Source: an uncultured Actinomycetota bacterium
GTDB lineage: Bacteria; Actinomycetota; Actinomycetes; Streptosporangiales; Streptosporangiaceae
Assembly: GCA_963745575.1 (NCBI GenBank)
Contig: CAVUYA010000030.1
Span: forward strand, 27,913-91,912
Reading direction: 5' to 3'
DNA: 64,000 nt
Position numbers and translations under genes: made by a program. Of this stretch, positions 39,750-47,380 are shown one piece after another. The notes below the pieces were generated by a model. The model worked only from the letters and a program-made list of their open reading frames with translations, was not told the DNA's origin and searched no databases. The stretch's first letter is position 1. Every line of letters begins with the position of its first letter.

Positions 39750-41329
39750 CCGGCCGCCCCGGGCACTGCCTCGCGCCAGCGGGCAAGGACTGCTGGCTCG
39801 GGGCCTGCGCCTGCCCGGTGCCGGAACCCGCGTACGACCCGGGCCCGCTGCCGCTGGCCGGGTCGGGCGGCGCGGAGCTGCTCGATGAGGTCGCCGCGTT
39901 CCTAGAGAGCTACGTCATCTTCCCGGGCCGCCACGCCGCCGCCGCGGTGGCGCTGTGGGCCGCGCATACCCACCTGGTGAGCCGGTTCGAGAGCACGCCC
40001 CGGCTGGCGCTGCTGTCACCGGAGAAGCAGTGCGGCAAGTCCCGCGTGCTCGAGCTGCTCGAGCTGCTGTGCGCCGGGGCCGAGACGCTCTCCGACGCCA
40101 GCCCCGCCTACCTGTACCGGCGGATCGGTGCCGGGTCGGTCACCATCCTGCTCGACGAGGCCGACGCGATCTGGAAGCGCGGCAAGGCCGACGAGACCGC
40201 CGAGGCGCTCCGCTCGGTCGTCAACGCCGGGCACCGCCGGTCGGCGACGGTCGGCCGGGTGGAAATGAGCGGCGTCACGGCGAACCTCGTCCGCTTCCCG
40301 GTGTACGCCCCGGCCGCCATCGCGGGCATCGGCAGCCTGCCCGACACGATCCTGGACCGGGCCGTGATCCTGCGCATGCGGCGCCGGGCACCGGGCCAGC
40401 GGATCCGCGGCTACCGGGAGCGCACCACCCGGCCGCAGGGCGAGGCGCTGCGGGACCAGCTCGCCAAGTGGGCCGCGGACGTGGCCGACCGCGTCGGCGA
40501 CCCGTGGCCCGACATGCCGTCCGGCGTGGCCGACCGCCCGGCCGACGTATGGGAGCCGCTGCTCATGGTCGCCAGCCTCGCGGGCGGCGGCTGGCCGAAA
40601 CGGGCCGCCGAGGCATGCGCCGCGTTCGTCGCCGACGCCAGCCACGACACCGAGACCGCGGGCACCCGCCTGCTCGCCGACCTGCGCGACGTGCTCGGCG
40701 GCCAGGACGAGCTGTGGACCGGCGAGATCCTGTCCGGACTCCACGCGCTGGACGAGTCGCCGTGGGGCGAACGGTACGGCCACCCGCTGACACCCCGTCA
40801 GCTGGCGAAGCTGCTCAAGCCCTACGGCGTGACCTCAGCGCAGGTCCGCAAGGGCGAGGTGAACCGCCGGGGCTACCGGCGCAGGGACCTGCGCGACGCC
40901 TGGCAGTCCTACCTGCCCCGGGCAGCCGCTACAGCCGCTACAAGCGCTACCGGCCTGGCCAGCGCAGTAGCGGACGTAGCGGCTGTAGCGGACACCCCGG
41001 CGGCGTGCACGGTGTGCGGCAATCCGCTTGACCCGGCGCTCGCCGGGCTCGGCGACACCACGCACCCGATGTGCGACCCCGAAGGAGAGACGACAGTGAA
41101 GCTTTCCAGCCAGCCGCCCGTCAACAAGCTTCTCAGGTCCCAGCCGGGCCGGGCGCGGGCCGGCCAGTGCCGGGCCTGCCTGCTGGTGACTGATGACCTG
41201 CGCAACGGGCTCTGCCGCGACCGTGCCGCATGCGAGGCGCGCCAGCCGGCCCTGGACCTCGGCGCCGAGGTGAAGCCTGGCGGCAGCTTCGGGCACCCGG
41301 ACGCTTCGGACAGCGCGGATGGCTCATGA
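39746..41329 (+). CDS. DUF3631-like ATPase (putative replication/primase-associated protein of actinobacterial prophage-like elements)
   Basis: 528 aa from MTGRPGHCL. FLESYVIFP...ALWAAHTHL, deviant Walker A EKQCGKS, Walker B TILLDEADAIW, NAGHRR. C-terminal CxxC clusters. Confidence 0.6.
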   Translation: MTGRPGHCLAPAGKDCWLGACACPVPEPAYDPGPLPLAGSGGAELLDEVAAFLESYVIFPGRHAAAAVALWAAHTHLVSRFESTPRLALLSPEKQCGKSRVLELLELLCAGAETLSDASPAYLYRRIGAGSVTILLDEADAIWKRGKADETAEALRSVVNAGHRRSATVGRVEMSGVTANLVRFPVYAPAAIAGIGSLPDTILDRAVILRMRRRAPGQRIRGYRERTTRPQGEALRDQLAKWAADVADRVGDPWPDMPSGVADRPADVWEPLLMVASLAGGGWPKRAAEACAAFVADASHDTETAGTRLLADLRDVLGGQDELWTGEILSGLHALDESPWGERYGHPLTPRQLAKLLKPYGVTSAQVRKGEVNRRGYRRRDLRDAWQSYLPRAAATAATSATGLASAVADVAAVADTPAACTVCGNPLDPALAGLGDTTHPMCDPEGETTVKLSSQPPVNKLLRSQPGRARAGQCRACLLVTDDLRNGLCRDRAACEARQPALDLGAEVKPGGSFGHPDASDSADGS

Positions 41330-41416
41330 GCGCAAGCCGCGCCAGCCAGGCGCCAGCCAGCGAGCCGCATGGAAGGCCGCACTCGCAGCAGACGGCCAGG
41401 GGCCCTGGGCCCGCGC

Positions 41417-41584
41417 TTAGCTGCCGCTAGGCGGCGCGTGGCCCATCGCGGCGATGCTAAGCGCGTCCTGGGGTTCCCGGGCCCGTGAGCAGTTCATGAG
41501 AATCGGGCCGAGCCACATGCCTACCGCTAGCGAAACACCGAACCAGGCGACAAGGCCGATCGGCACCCACCACCATGCATTCAT
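41417..41584 (-). CDS. Small one-TM protein (55 aa)
   Basis: GGGAGAAGG RBS. MNAWWWVPIGLVAWFGVSLAVGMWLGPIL...APPSGS*. Paralogous in layout to 41792-41953. Confidence 0.45.
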   Translation of the reverse strand: MNAWWWVPIGLVAWFGVSLAVGMWLGPILMNCSRAREPQDALSIAAMGHAPPSGS

Positions 41585-41791
41585 GCCCGCCTTCTCCCGC
41601 CTGGGCTGCCCATGAAATATCGCACGTTTGCCGTCCGCTTGTCGTTCACTTGCACGACGGCTCGGTCGGCCTGTCAAGGCGCAGGGCCCGCCCGTGGGCC
41701 CACGTCCCCCGCTGGCGCCGCGACCTCCACTACACCGGCCGGCACTCAGGCGACGCGGCACAGTACACAGCCAGGCGCCCTGCCGCGCGGT

Positions 41792-41953
41792 TTAGCTGTC
41801 ACTGGGCGGCTGCCCCTCCCGGGGCGGCTTTCGGCGCCTGGCGCGTTTCTCCGGGTGCCGCAAGAGCGCCCAGCCAAGCACCAGCCCGGCCGCTACCGCG
41901 GGGGCGAGCCAGGCGGCGGCCAAGCCGGTCAGCACCCACGACCACGGGCTCAT
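41792..41953 (-). CDS. Small one-TM protein (53 aa)
   Basis: MSPWSWVLTGLAAAWLAPAVAAGLVLGWALL...QPPSDS*. High GC3. Same N- and C-terminal pattern as 41417-41584. Confidence 0.4.
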   Translation of the reverse strand: MSPWSWVLTGLAAAWLAPAVAAGLVLGWALLRHPEKRARRRKPPREGQPPSDS

Positions 41954-42379
41954 CCCTAACCCCAAGCGGCACATCCGGACACTCGCCGTGCCCTCTACCG
42001 AGAACACGACCAGCCATGCCGATCCGTTACGGCCGGACGCCGCTACGGGGCCCCTTACGGCACGCGCTCGCACCGGGGCCGGTACCACACCGACCGGCAG
42101 ATGGCACACCAGACGGCGCACACGCAGAGTGACCACGGTCGGCCACCACCACCCCGGCACCCGGACCACCTCCCGGTCGGCACCCGCCTGCCACCACCCC
42201 GGGCGGACACCCCGCCGGGAAACCCGCAGGTCAACGAATCGCGCTGCGCGAAACGGGCATTTCTATGGCTGCCCGGTCAGCTAGATGTCCTGTGCCGGCC
42301 TGAAACAGAAAAACGCGGAACGATCTTGGATACGGCCGTGACTCTGGGTTACCGCTCGCCGGGGTCCTAGCCTGGGAGG

Positions 42380-42739
42380 ATGAGCGTCCCGAGGGCGCCC
42401 GCGGGCATGGGCCCGGCCGGGCGCCGGCTATGGCGTGAGGTGCTCGCGGATTTCGAGCTCGGCGGCCACGAGCAGCTGATCCTGGTCAACGCGTGCCACG
42501 TCGCCGATACCTGCGCGGCGCTGCAAGAGGTGATCGCGGCGGACGGGCCGATGCTGACGGACCGGGAGGGCGGCCCGCGGACGCATCCGGCGTGCCGGGA
42601 GCTGCGGCAGCAGCGGATCACCCTGGCGCGGCTGATCGTGTGCCTGCGCGTCCCGCTGGGCGACGAGGACGCCGGGGGAGACCGGTCGCAGTACCGGGGG
42701 ATGCGCGGAGCGTATGGGCTGCGGGGCGAGGCGTCGTGA
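42380..42739 (+). CDS. Possible P27-family phage terminase small subunit-like protein
   Basis: GGGAGG RBS. 119 aa. The pattern G..LW.EV...ELGGHEQLILVNACHVADTCAALQEVIAADG....D..GG.R.HPACRELRQQRITLARL resembles P27-type TerS. Recognised by eye only. Confidence 0.4.
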   Translation: MSVPRAPAGMGPAGRRLWREVLADFELGGHEQLILVNACHVADTCAALQEVIAADGPMLTDREGGPRTHPACRELRQQRITLARLIVCLRVPLGDEDAGGDRSQYRGMRGAYGLRGEAS

Positions 42740-42954
42740 GGCGCCGCCGGCCGCGGGAGGCGCCCCCGCCGTGGCTGGACGAGTTCGACCCGGATGCGTG
42801 GTCGGATGCGTCCGATGCCGGGTACGCGCCGGGCGTCCGGGATTACCGCGCCGGGTGCCGGTGGAACGATGCGGTCAATGAGTGGCGGCGGGTGCATGGC
42901 TGGCGGCCGGGGGAGCTGGCTGCGTTGCTGGCGTCACTGGGCGAGCCGGTGTGA
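42736..42954 (+). CDS. Hypothetical protein (VRRRRP... paralog 1)
   Basis: GTG 42736 overlaps the upstream stop (GTGA). VRRRRPREAPPPWLDEFDPDAW... Confidence 0.45.
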   Translation: MRRRRPREAPPPWLDEFDPDAWSDASDAGYAPGVRDYRAGCRWNDAVNEWRRVHGWRPGELAALLASLGEPV

Positions 42955-43256
42955 GGCGCCGCCGGCCGCCGGGGCCGCCGCCGCGGATCGAGCCGCCGTC
43001 CTGGTACAGGTCCTTCGACCCGGCGATGTGGGATGAGCCGGGCCCGCAGGAACTGGCGATGATCGAGGGCAGCTGGCGGCACTGGCCTGAATGCGCTGAC
43101 GGCAGCCCGGAGTGGCTGGAGTTTCACGAGACCCATGCCCGGCGCCGCTGGGAGCTGGCCCGGTACGCCTACCGGCGGAAGCATCCGGACTTGGCCGAGC
43201 AGGAGTTCGCCGAGATCCAGGCCCGGCGCGCGGAGAGACGCACGCAGGATTTGTGA
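42951..43256 (+). CDS. Hypothetical protein (VRRRRP... paralog 2)
   Basis: GTG 42951 overlaps the upstream stop (GTGA). VRRRRPPGPPPRIEPPSWYRSFDPAMW... The first 19 nt are identical to those of 42736. Confidence 0.45.
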   Translation: MRRRRPPGPPPRIEPPSWYRSFDPAMWDEPGPQELAMIEGSWRHWPECADGSPEWLEFHETHARRRWELARYAYRRKHPDLAEQEFAEIQARRAERRTQDL

Positions 43257-43272
43257 AACGGCCAGTACACTA

Positions 43273-43467
43273 ATGCGCATGAGCACTGCTGATGCGGCGC
43301 GGGCCGAGCAGGCCAGCCACGCGGCCCGGGCGAGGTGGGAGCGGGAGGGCAACCCGGTTCTCACCCGGTCGGTGCAGGTCGTTGTCACCCGCGCTGATGA
43401 GCTCACCGACAGCCAGCGGGCCGAGCTCGGGGCCGCGATCACCGAGGAGGCACCCGATGGGGTTTGA
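43273..43467 (+). CDS. Hypothetical small protein
   Basis: MRMSTADAARAEQASHAARARWEREGNPVL... tail of track ORF 43135-43467. Confidence 0.4.
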   Translation: MRMSTADAARAEQASHAARARWEREGNPVLTRSVQVVVTRADELTDSQRAELGAAITEEAPDGV

Positions 43468-43933
43468 AGCACTGGAGTTCTTGCGGGCAGCCGGTGGCGA
43501 CCCGGACCCGGCCGGTTCCCGCCTGGACCGGGCGGCAGCAATGGAAGCCATTGAGGACGCCGCGGAGGCCCGGCAGGCTGAGCGACGGCGGGCCGAGGCC
43601 GAGGAACGCCAGGAGGTCCGCGCGCTGATGAATCGCCAGTGGGGCGATCCGCTGGGACAGATGCGCATGGCGCAGGCCGACATGGTGAACCTGTCCGACC
43701 GGGTGAGCGACCTGCGGGACCAGCTGGCGAAAGCCGAGGACCGCCTGGACCGGGCGCGTTCCAATCTCACCTTCTGGGCGGAACGCGGCCTGCTGGCCGA
43801 GGAAGCCACGCGGCGCAGCTACCCGAACCCGGTGGAAGCCGCAGTGATGCGGGCGGCTGACGTAGCGCGGGAAATCCACGAGAACCGCGACATCCTCGAA
43901 CGGGCACGGCGGGCGGTGCGCCATGGCCATTGA
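43457..43933 (+). CDS. Hypothetical coiled-coil protein
   Basis: MGFEALEFLRAAGGDPDP... with long charged heptad-like stretches. Overlaps its neighbours by 11 nt at each end. Confidence 0.45.
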   Translation: MGFEALEFLRAAGGDPDPAGSRLDRAAAMEAIEDAAEARQAERRRAEAEERQEVRALMNRQWGDPLGQMRMAQADMVNLSDRVSDLRDQLAKAEDRLDRARSNLTFWAERGLLAEEATRRSYPNPVEAAVMRAADVAREIHENRDILERARRAVRHGH

Positions 43934-44132
43934 CCGGTACGCGCACGCCCCGATGGAGGGCGCAGCCGCGGCGGCGAAGGAGGCCGCGGCGCGGCAGGTC
44001 CAGGCCGACCTGGACAGCGACCTCCATTCGGCGGAGGTCCAGGCGGCTCACACCGGCAGGCCCACCCCGGCGCAGGCGGTAGCGCGCGGGGTCACTCCCT
44101 CAAGCGGCAGCGGCAGCGGGACCGCGGCCTGA
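43923..44132 (+). CDS. Hypothetical small protein
   Basis: 69-aa ORF MAIDRYAHAPMEGAAAAAKEAAARQ... Confidence 0.35.
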   Translation: MAIDRYAHAPMEGAAAAAKEAAARQVQADLDSDLHSAEVQAAHTGRPTPAQAVARGVTPSSGSGSGTAA

Positions 44133-44226
44133 CAGACGTCCCCGCAGCGGGTTACTGCCTCCGGCCGGGGACGAGCACGGCACCCCGTTCTTGCTGGCGG
44201 GGTGCCGTTGCTTCTCGCGCTGCGTG

Positions 44227-44542
44227 CTACTCGCCGCCGAGGTACTGACGGCGGAGCCGCTGGCATGCGGCAAGGTCGCGCTCCAGTGCCACAATCCGCT
44301 CGTCCGCGGCCTCGCGGGCGGTGATCTCACCGGAGTCCTCGCGCTCGCGGATGCTGCGCAGGAACGCGTCGAGCCGGTCGTCCTCGGCCCCGATCTCGAT
44401 GTAGTAGCGCGTGTGCTGCTGTCTCCTCCTCCTCCTCCTCCTCCTCGCTGCCGGGCGGCAGGCACGGGCCGGATATCCAGCCTCCTATGTCACGTCTGAC
44501 GTTCGGGTCGGGCTGGTCGGTGGGACGATCTTCTGTAGCCAA
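44227..44542 (-). pseudogene. Hypothetical acidic protein with (Glu)8 tract; frame change next to the trinucleotide repeat as assembled
   Basis: Frame of ATG 44542: MATEDRPTDQ...GSEEEEEEEE. The protein-like continuation QQHTRYYIEIGAEDDRLDAFLRSIREREDSGEITAREAADERIVALERDLAACQRLRRQYLGGE* is in another frame that has no start codon. (CTC)8 at 44423-44446. Confidence 0.4.
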
Positions 44543-44627
44543 GGGGTTCCTCCTTGGTCAGGGCCCGGGTAGCGGCGTTCGCGCGCCGTCCGGGCCCGCC
44601 GCTATCTGCGGCAACTCGCAGACTACG

Positions 44628-44650
44628 CCTAGCATGCTTGCCATGCTAGG
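44628..44650. promoter_or_regulatory. Candidate operator palindrome in the divergent promoter upstream of the GntR gene
   Basis: CCTAGCATG-cttgc-CATGCTAGG (9-bp perfect inverted arms). A third CCTAGCATG half-site at 44683-44691 sits directly before GTG 44697. Confidence 0.4.
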
Positions 44651-44696
44651 CATGACCTGGATAGGTAGCACTGCCTGGCACACCTAGCATGATCAT

Positions 44697-44948
44697 GTGG
44701 AGGTCGACCCTCACTCTAAGGAGCCGTCCTACGCCCAGGTAGCGCGGCAGCTTCGCGAGCAGATCATGTCTGGCGAGCTTGGCCCGCGGGATCAGCTGCC
44801 GTCGCTCAAGCGCCTCATGCAAGAGACCGGGCTGGCGCAGGGCACGGTGCAGCACGCGATCCGGGTGCTGGAGGCGGAGGGCATCGTCTACACCGTCAGC
44901 GGGCGCGGGACGTTCGTCGTGCCCGAGGACCAGCGGCCGGGGCGCTGA
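44697..44948 (+). CDS. GntR-family winged-helix regulator (DNA-binding domain only, 83 aa)
   Basis: PSYAQVARQLREQIMSGELGPRDQLPSLKRLMQETGLAQGTVQHAIRVLEAEGIVYTVSGRGTFV. Confidence 0.85.
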   Translation: MEVDPHSKEPSYAQVARQLREQIMSGELGPRDQLPSLKRLMQETGLAQGTVQHAIRVLEAEGIVYTVSGRGTFVVPEDQRPGR

Positions 44949-44999
44949 CGGTACGGACACGCGAGCACGGGGCAGCGCGCCCATCGCTCAGCCGCGCGC

Positions 45000-45308
45000 T
45001 CAGGGTCGCTCATCTTCCGCGCGATCCTGGCCGCGTTTGACGAGCGCGGCATGTAGCTCTTGCCTGGCACGTGTCATCCGGCTCAACTCTCGGCGCAGTA
45101 TGCCGTGGAGCGAGTCAAGGTCAGCGAGGACTCGGCCGGCCATGTCTGCTGCTTCGGCCACGTAGCCAGCAGTGTCGGTGTCGGTCCGTTGGGCTAGCGC
45201 GTTCAGCGAGTCTTCAAGATCCGCCGCAAGATCGGATAGCCGCTCAACTTCCGCTAGCTGCGCTTGCATCCGGACTAGCGGGACGCACGGCCCGGTACCG
45301 GTGGTCAT
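45000..45308 (-). CDS. Hypothetical coiled-coil protein
   Basis: 102-aa acidic helical ORF. No motif recognised. Confidence 0.4.
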   Translation of the reverse strand: MTTGTGPCVPLVRMQAQLAEVERLSDLAADLEDSLNALAQRTDTDTAGYVAEAADMAGRVLADLDSLHGILRRELSRMTRARQELHAALVKRGQDRAEDERP

Positions 45309-45317
45309 GCGGCCAGG

Positions 45318-45512
45318 CTATGCCGCTTCCGACCGGATACGTGCGGACCATGCGAGCGGCCCCGGTCGCTCGCGCTGGACGGCGCAGAGCAGGTGGACCC
45401 ATCGCCCGGTGCTGACCAGCCGGCCGATTCGCTGGCCTGCCGTGACCGGGCCGCCGCATGCTGAGCAGACCGAGCTACGCCGCGCTTTCATCACGCGATC
45501 ACACGTGATCAT
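45318..45512 (-). CDS. Hypothetical small Cys-containing protein
   Basis: 64-aa ORF with CSACGGPV...LLC. Last ORF before attR. Confidence 0.35.
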   Translation of the reverse strand: MITCDRVMKARRSSVCSACGGPVTAGQRIGRLVSTGRWVHLLCAVQRERPGPLAWSARIRSEAA

Positions 45513-45616
45513 GCGTCAAGGTTACTTGACAAGTGATCTTCGCCCCGAGGGTACGCGCGTACCGTCCGGGCTAAGCTGACAGTGTGGCCAGGGTGTGTGT
45601 AAATAATCCAAGTCGA

Positions 45617-45667
45617 ACTCCCGCCGGGCGTACCTACACCACCGGCCCCGACACCCACCCCGTGTAG
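45617..45667 (+). pseudogene. 3' remnant of the split DUF222/HNH gene
   Basis: ACT CCC GCC GGG CGT ACC TAC ACC ACC GGC CCC GAC ACC CAC CCC GTG TAG = TPAGRTYTTGPDTHPV*, the expected conserved C-terminus following ...FTWT at 36688. Confidence 0.75.
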
Positions 45668-45710
45668 GTTCACACGGGCTCGATATCCACCCTGCGGGGG
45701 AGGCGAGGCC

Positions 45711-45814
45711 GGTAGGACACGCCGGTAGGACACGCCCGTAGGACGCGCCCCTAAGACACGCCCCTAAGACACGCCCCTAAGACACGCCCCTAAGACACGC
45801 CCCTAAGACACGCC
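45711..45814. repeat. 13-bp tandem repeat, 8 contiguous units
   Basis: GGTAGGACACGCC x2, CGTAGGACGCGCC x1, CCTAAGACACGCC x5. Starts 44 bp after the HNH stop codon. Confidence 0.9.
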
Positions 45815-45967
45815 CGATGCTCCCAGCCACTCCCATGTATCGGTAGCGCGGTTCGGCGCTCTTATCGGTAAGGGCTCTCGCAGCCCGATGCAGCTTGACG
45901 TGGTTGACACGGCCCGGCACACGGCCCTGGGGCGGCCGACGGGCCCGGCTTTGAATGGGGGCTGGTT

Positions 45968-46216
45968 ATGCGAACCGAGGTGATGTTCCTGGACTGCCCG
46001 GCGTACATGGACCGGCATGGTGCGGTACGGTGCGGGCTCCCGGCCGAGGTGGAGCAGTGGTACGCGATCAGGTCGACCGACGGGCCGCTGGAGAGCGCGA
46101 AGATCCGGTGCCCGCGCGGCCACATGTTCAACGGGCCGGTGGAGTCGCTCACCTGGCACAAGCACCACAATGCCGCCGCGGCCCAGGCACACGGGGCACG
46201 CGGTGTGCGCGGCTGA
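45968..46216 (+). CDS. Hypothetical small protein (Cys/His-containing)
   Basis: 82-aa ORF MRTEVMFLDCPAYMDRHGAVRCGLPAEVEQWY...IRCPRGHMF. Confidence 0.5.
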   Translation: MRTEVMFLDCPAYMDRHGAVRCGLPAEVEQWYAIRSTDGPLESAKIRCPRGHMFNGPVESLTWHKHHNAAAAQAHGARGVRG

Positions 46217-46290
46217 TACCCGAGTGTGGCGTGGCCCTAGTCTTGGCCTGTGAACGGTGAAGTGGACCGGCACCCGGCCGAGGGCATCGT

Positions 46291-46707
46291 GTGAACGCGA
46301 CGGGCTATCAGGTCGTGCCGATCGGGCGGGTCGAGTCCCCGTTGAAGGACCGGGCGCAGGCACCGCGGCAGGGGGATGAGGGCGCGCCCGCCGCGTGGCT
46401 GGTGTTCGAGCCCGAGGTCGCCGAGGGCCTGCCTGACATCGCGGCCGGAACCGAGATCATCGTGCTGACCTGGCTTGACCGTGCCGCCCGGGACGTACTG
46501 GTCACCCGGCCGCGCGACGATCCGGCGCGTCCGGTCACCGGGGTGTTCAGCACCCGCTCCCCGGACCGCCCTAACCCGATCGGGCTGCACCGGGTCCAGG
46601 TCGTCGCGACCGACGGGCTGAGGATCCTGGTCCGCCCGCTGGAAGCGCTGGACCAGACGCCGATCATCGACGTGAAGCCGGTGCTCGGCCCGGCCGCCGA
46701 ACGCTGA
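46291..46707 (+). CDS. tsaA: TsaA/YaeB-family tRNA (t6A37) methyltransferase TrmO-like
   Basis: VVPIGRVESPLKDRAQAPRQG...FSTRSPDRPNPIGLHRVQVV...LEALDQTPIIDVKP. GTG start. Confidence 0.8.
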   Translation: MNATGYQVVPIGRVESPLKDRAQAPRQGDEGAPAAWLVFEPEVAEGLPDIAAGTEIIVLTWLDRAARDVLVTRPRDDPARPVTGVFSTRSPDRPNPIGLHRVQVVATDGLRILVRPLEALDQTPIIDVKPVLGPAAER

Positions 46708-46783
46708 CCCGGTCTCAGCGAACCCTTTCTCCGCCGGCCTCGGGCCTGAGTACGTGGGCAGTCGTGAAGGGGATGAAAAGGGT

Positions 46784-47311
46784 TCAGTGCAGATGGAGCA
46801 GGGCCAGGTCCTTGAGCAGGATCATTACTAGCCCCAGCGCTGCGGCCGCCGACGTGACGAAGAAGAGCTGCCTACCGCGCAACTGGGCGGCCCGGCCCGC
46901 CCGCCAGCCGTAGAAAGTCATCACCACGACCGCCACCACCAGCCCCACGTTGGCGGCCGTAAGGGGCGAGGCCCCGGCCAGCCGGGCCAGTACCAGCGCC
47001 AGCAGCGGCAGGTAGGACGCGCTGACCATCGGCCAGGTAGCGGCCAGCGCTCTCCTGACGTAGGCCCAGGTCGGCAGGGCGCCCTTTTCCGTCTGCTCGC
47101 CGAGAAGCTCGGCGTACTCCTCGGCGAGCCAGTACACCAGCAGCGTGACGACCACCGAAACCACCAGCGCGGCCGTGGGCAGCTTGCCCCCGGCGGCCGC
47201 CAGGATAGCCGCGGTGACGATGGCGCCGTAGATGCCCGCCGCCACACGCTGCCCCGCACTCCCCGCCGGTGTGCCTCGCCGGGTTCCGCGACCTTCCGCG
47301 ATGCCAGCCAT
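46784..47311 (-). CDS. Hypothetical membrane protein (about 5 TM)
   Basis: 175-aa hydrophobic ORF. No motif recognised. Confidence 0.55.
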   Translation of the reverse strand: MAGIAEGRGTRRGTPAGSAGQRVAAGIYGAIVTAAILAAAGGKLPTAALVVSVVVTLLVYWLAEEYAELLGEQTEKGALPTWAYVRRALAATWPMVSASYLPLLALVLARLAGASPLTAANVGLVVAVVVMTFYGWRAGRAAQLRGRQLFFVTSAAAALGLVMILLKDLALLHLH

Positions 47312-47380
47312 GATCGCCCCTAGATGCCGCTGCGTCTCGGGCCCGCCCTCCGCGAGACGCGGGGTTCCGGCCGGGCACTA

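Larger units (their letters stand above)
36689..45618 (+). mobile_element. Integrated element of about 8.9 kb with a large serine recombinase (phiRv1-like / satellite-like), bounded by attL and attR
   Basis: Junctions are TGGACC-AC-CTTGGCTAG (attL, core 36689-36690) and CAAGTCGA-AC-TCCCGCCGGG (attR, core 45617-45618). Joining the flanks restores in-frame ...FTWTTPAGRTYTTGPDTHPV* of the HNH protein. The integrase gene starts 47 bp from attL. Confidence 0.8.

Noticed and set aside
37924-39786. 620-aa minus-strand ORF spanning several element genes
   Set aside because: R/P/A-rich composition with no motifs. It is antisense to a chain of translationally coupled plus-strand ORFs, so I treat it as a shadow ORF.
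36689-45618. Actinomycete integrative and conjugative element (AICE, pSAM2-like), suggested by the GntR (Kor-like) repressor
   Set aside because: There is no FtsK/TraB-type DNA translocase, no Spd proteins, no Rep/Prim-Pol and no Nudix gene. The integrase is a serine rather than tyrosine recombinase. A TerS-like gene points to phage relatedness instead.
45711-45814. CRISPR array (also considered for 50281-50460 and 36222-36340)
   Set aside because: The units are directly contiguous with no spacers, the unit lengths (13, 30 and 27 bp) are atypical, and there are no cas genes in the window.
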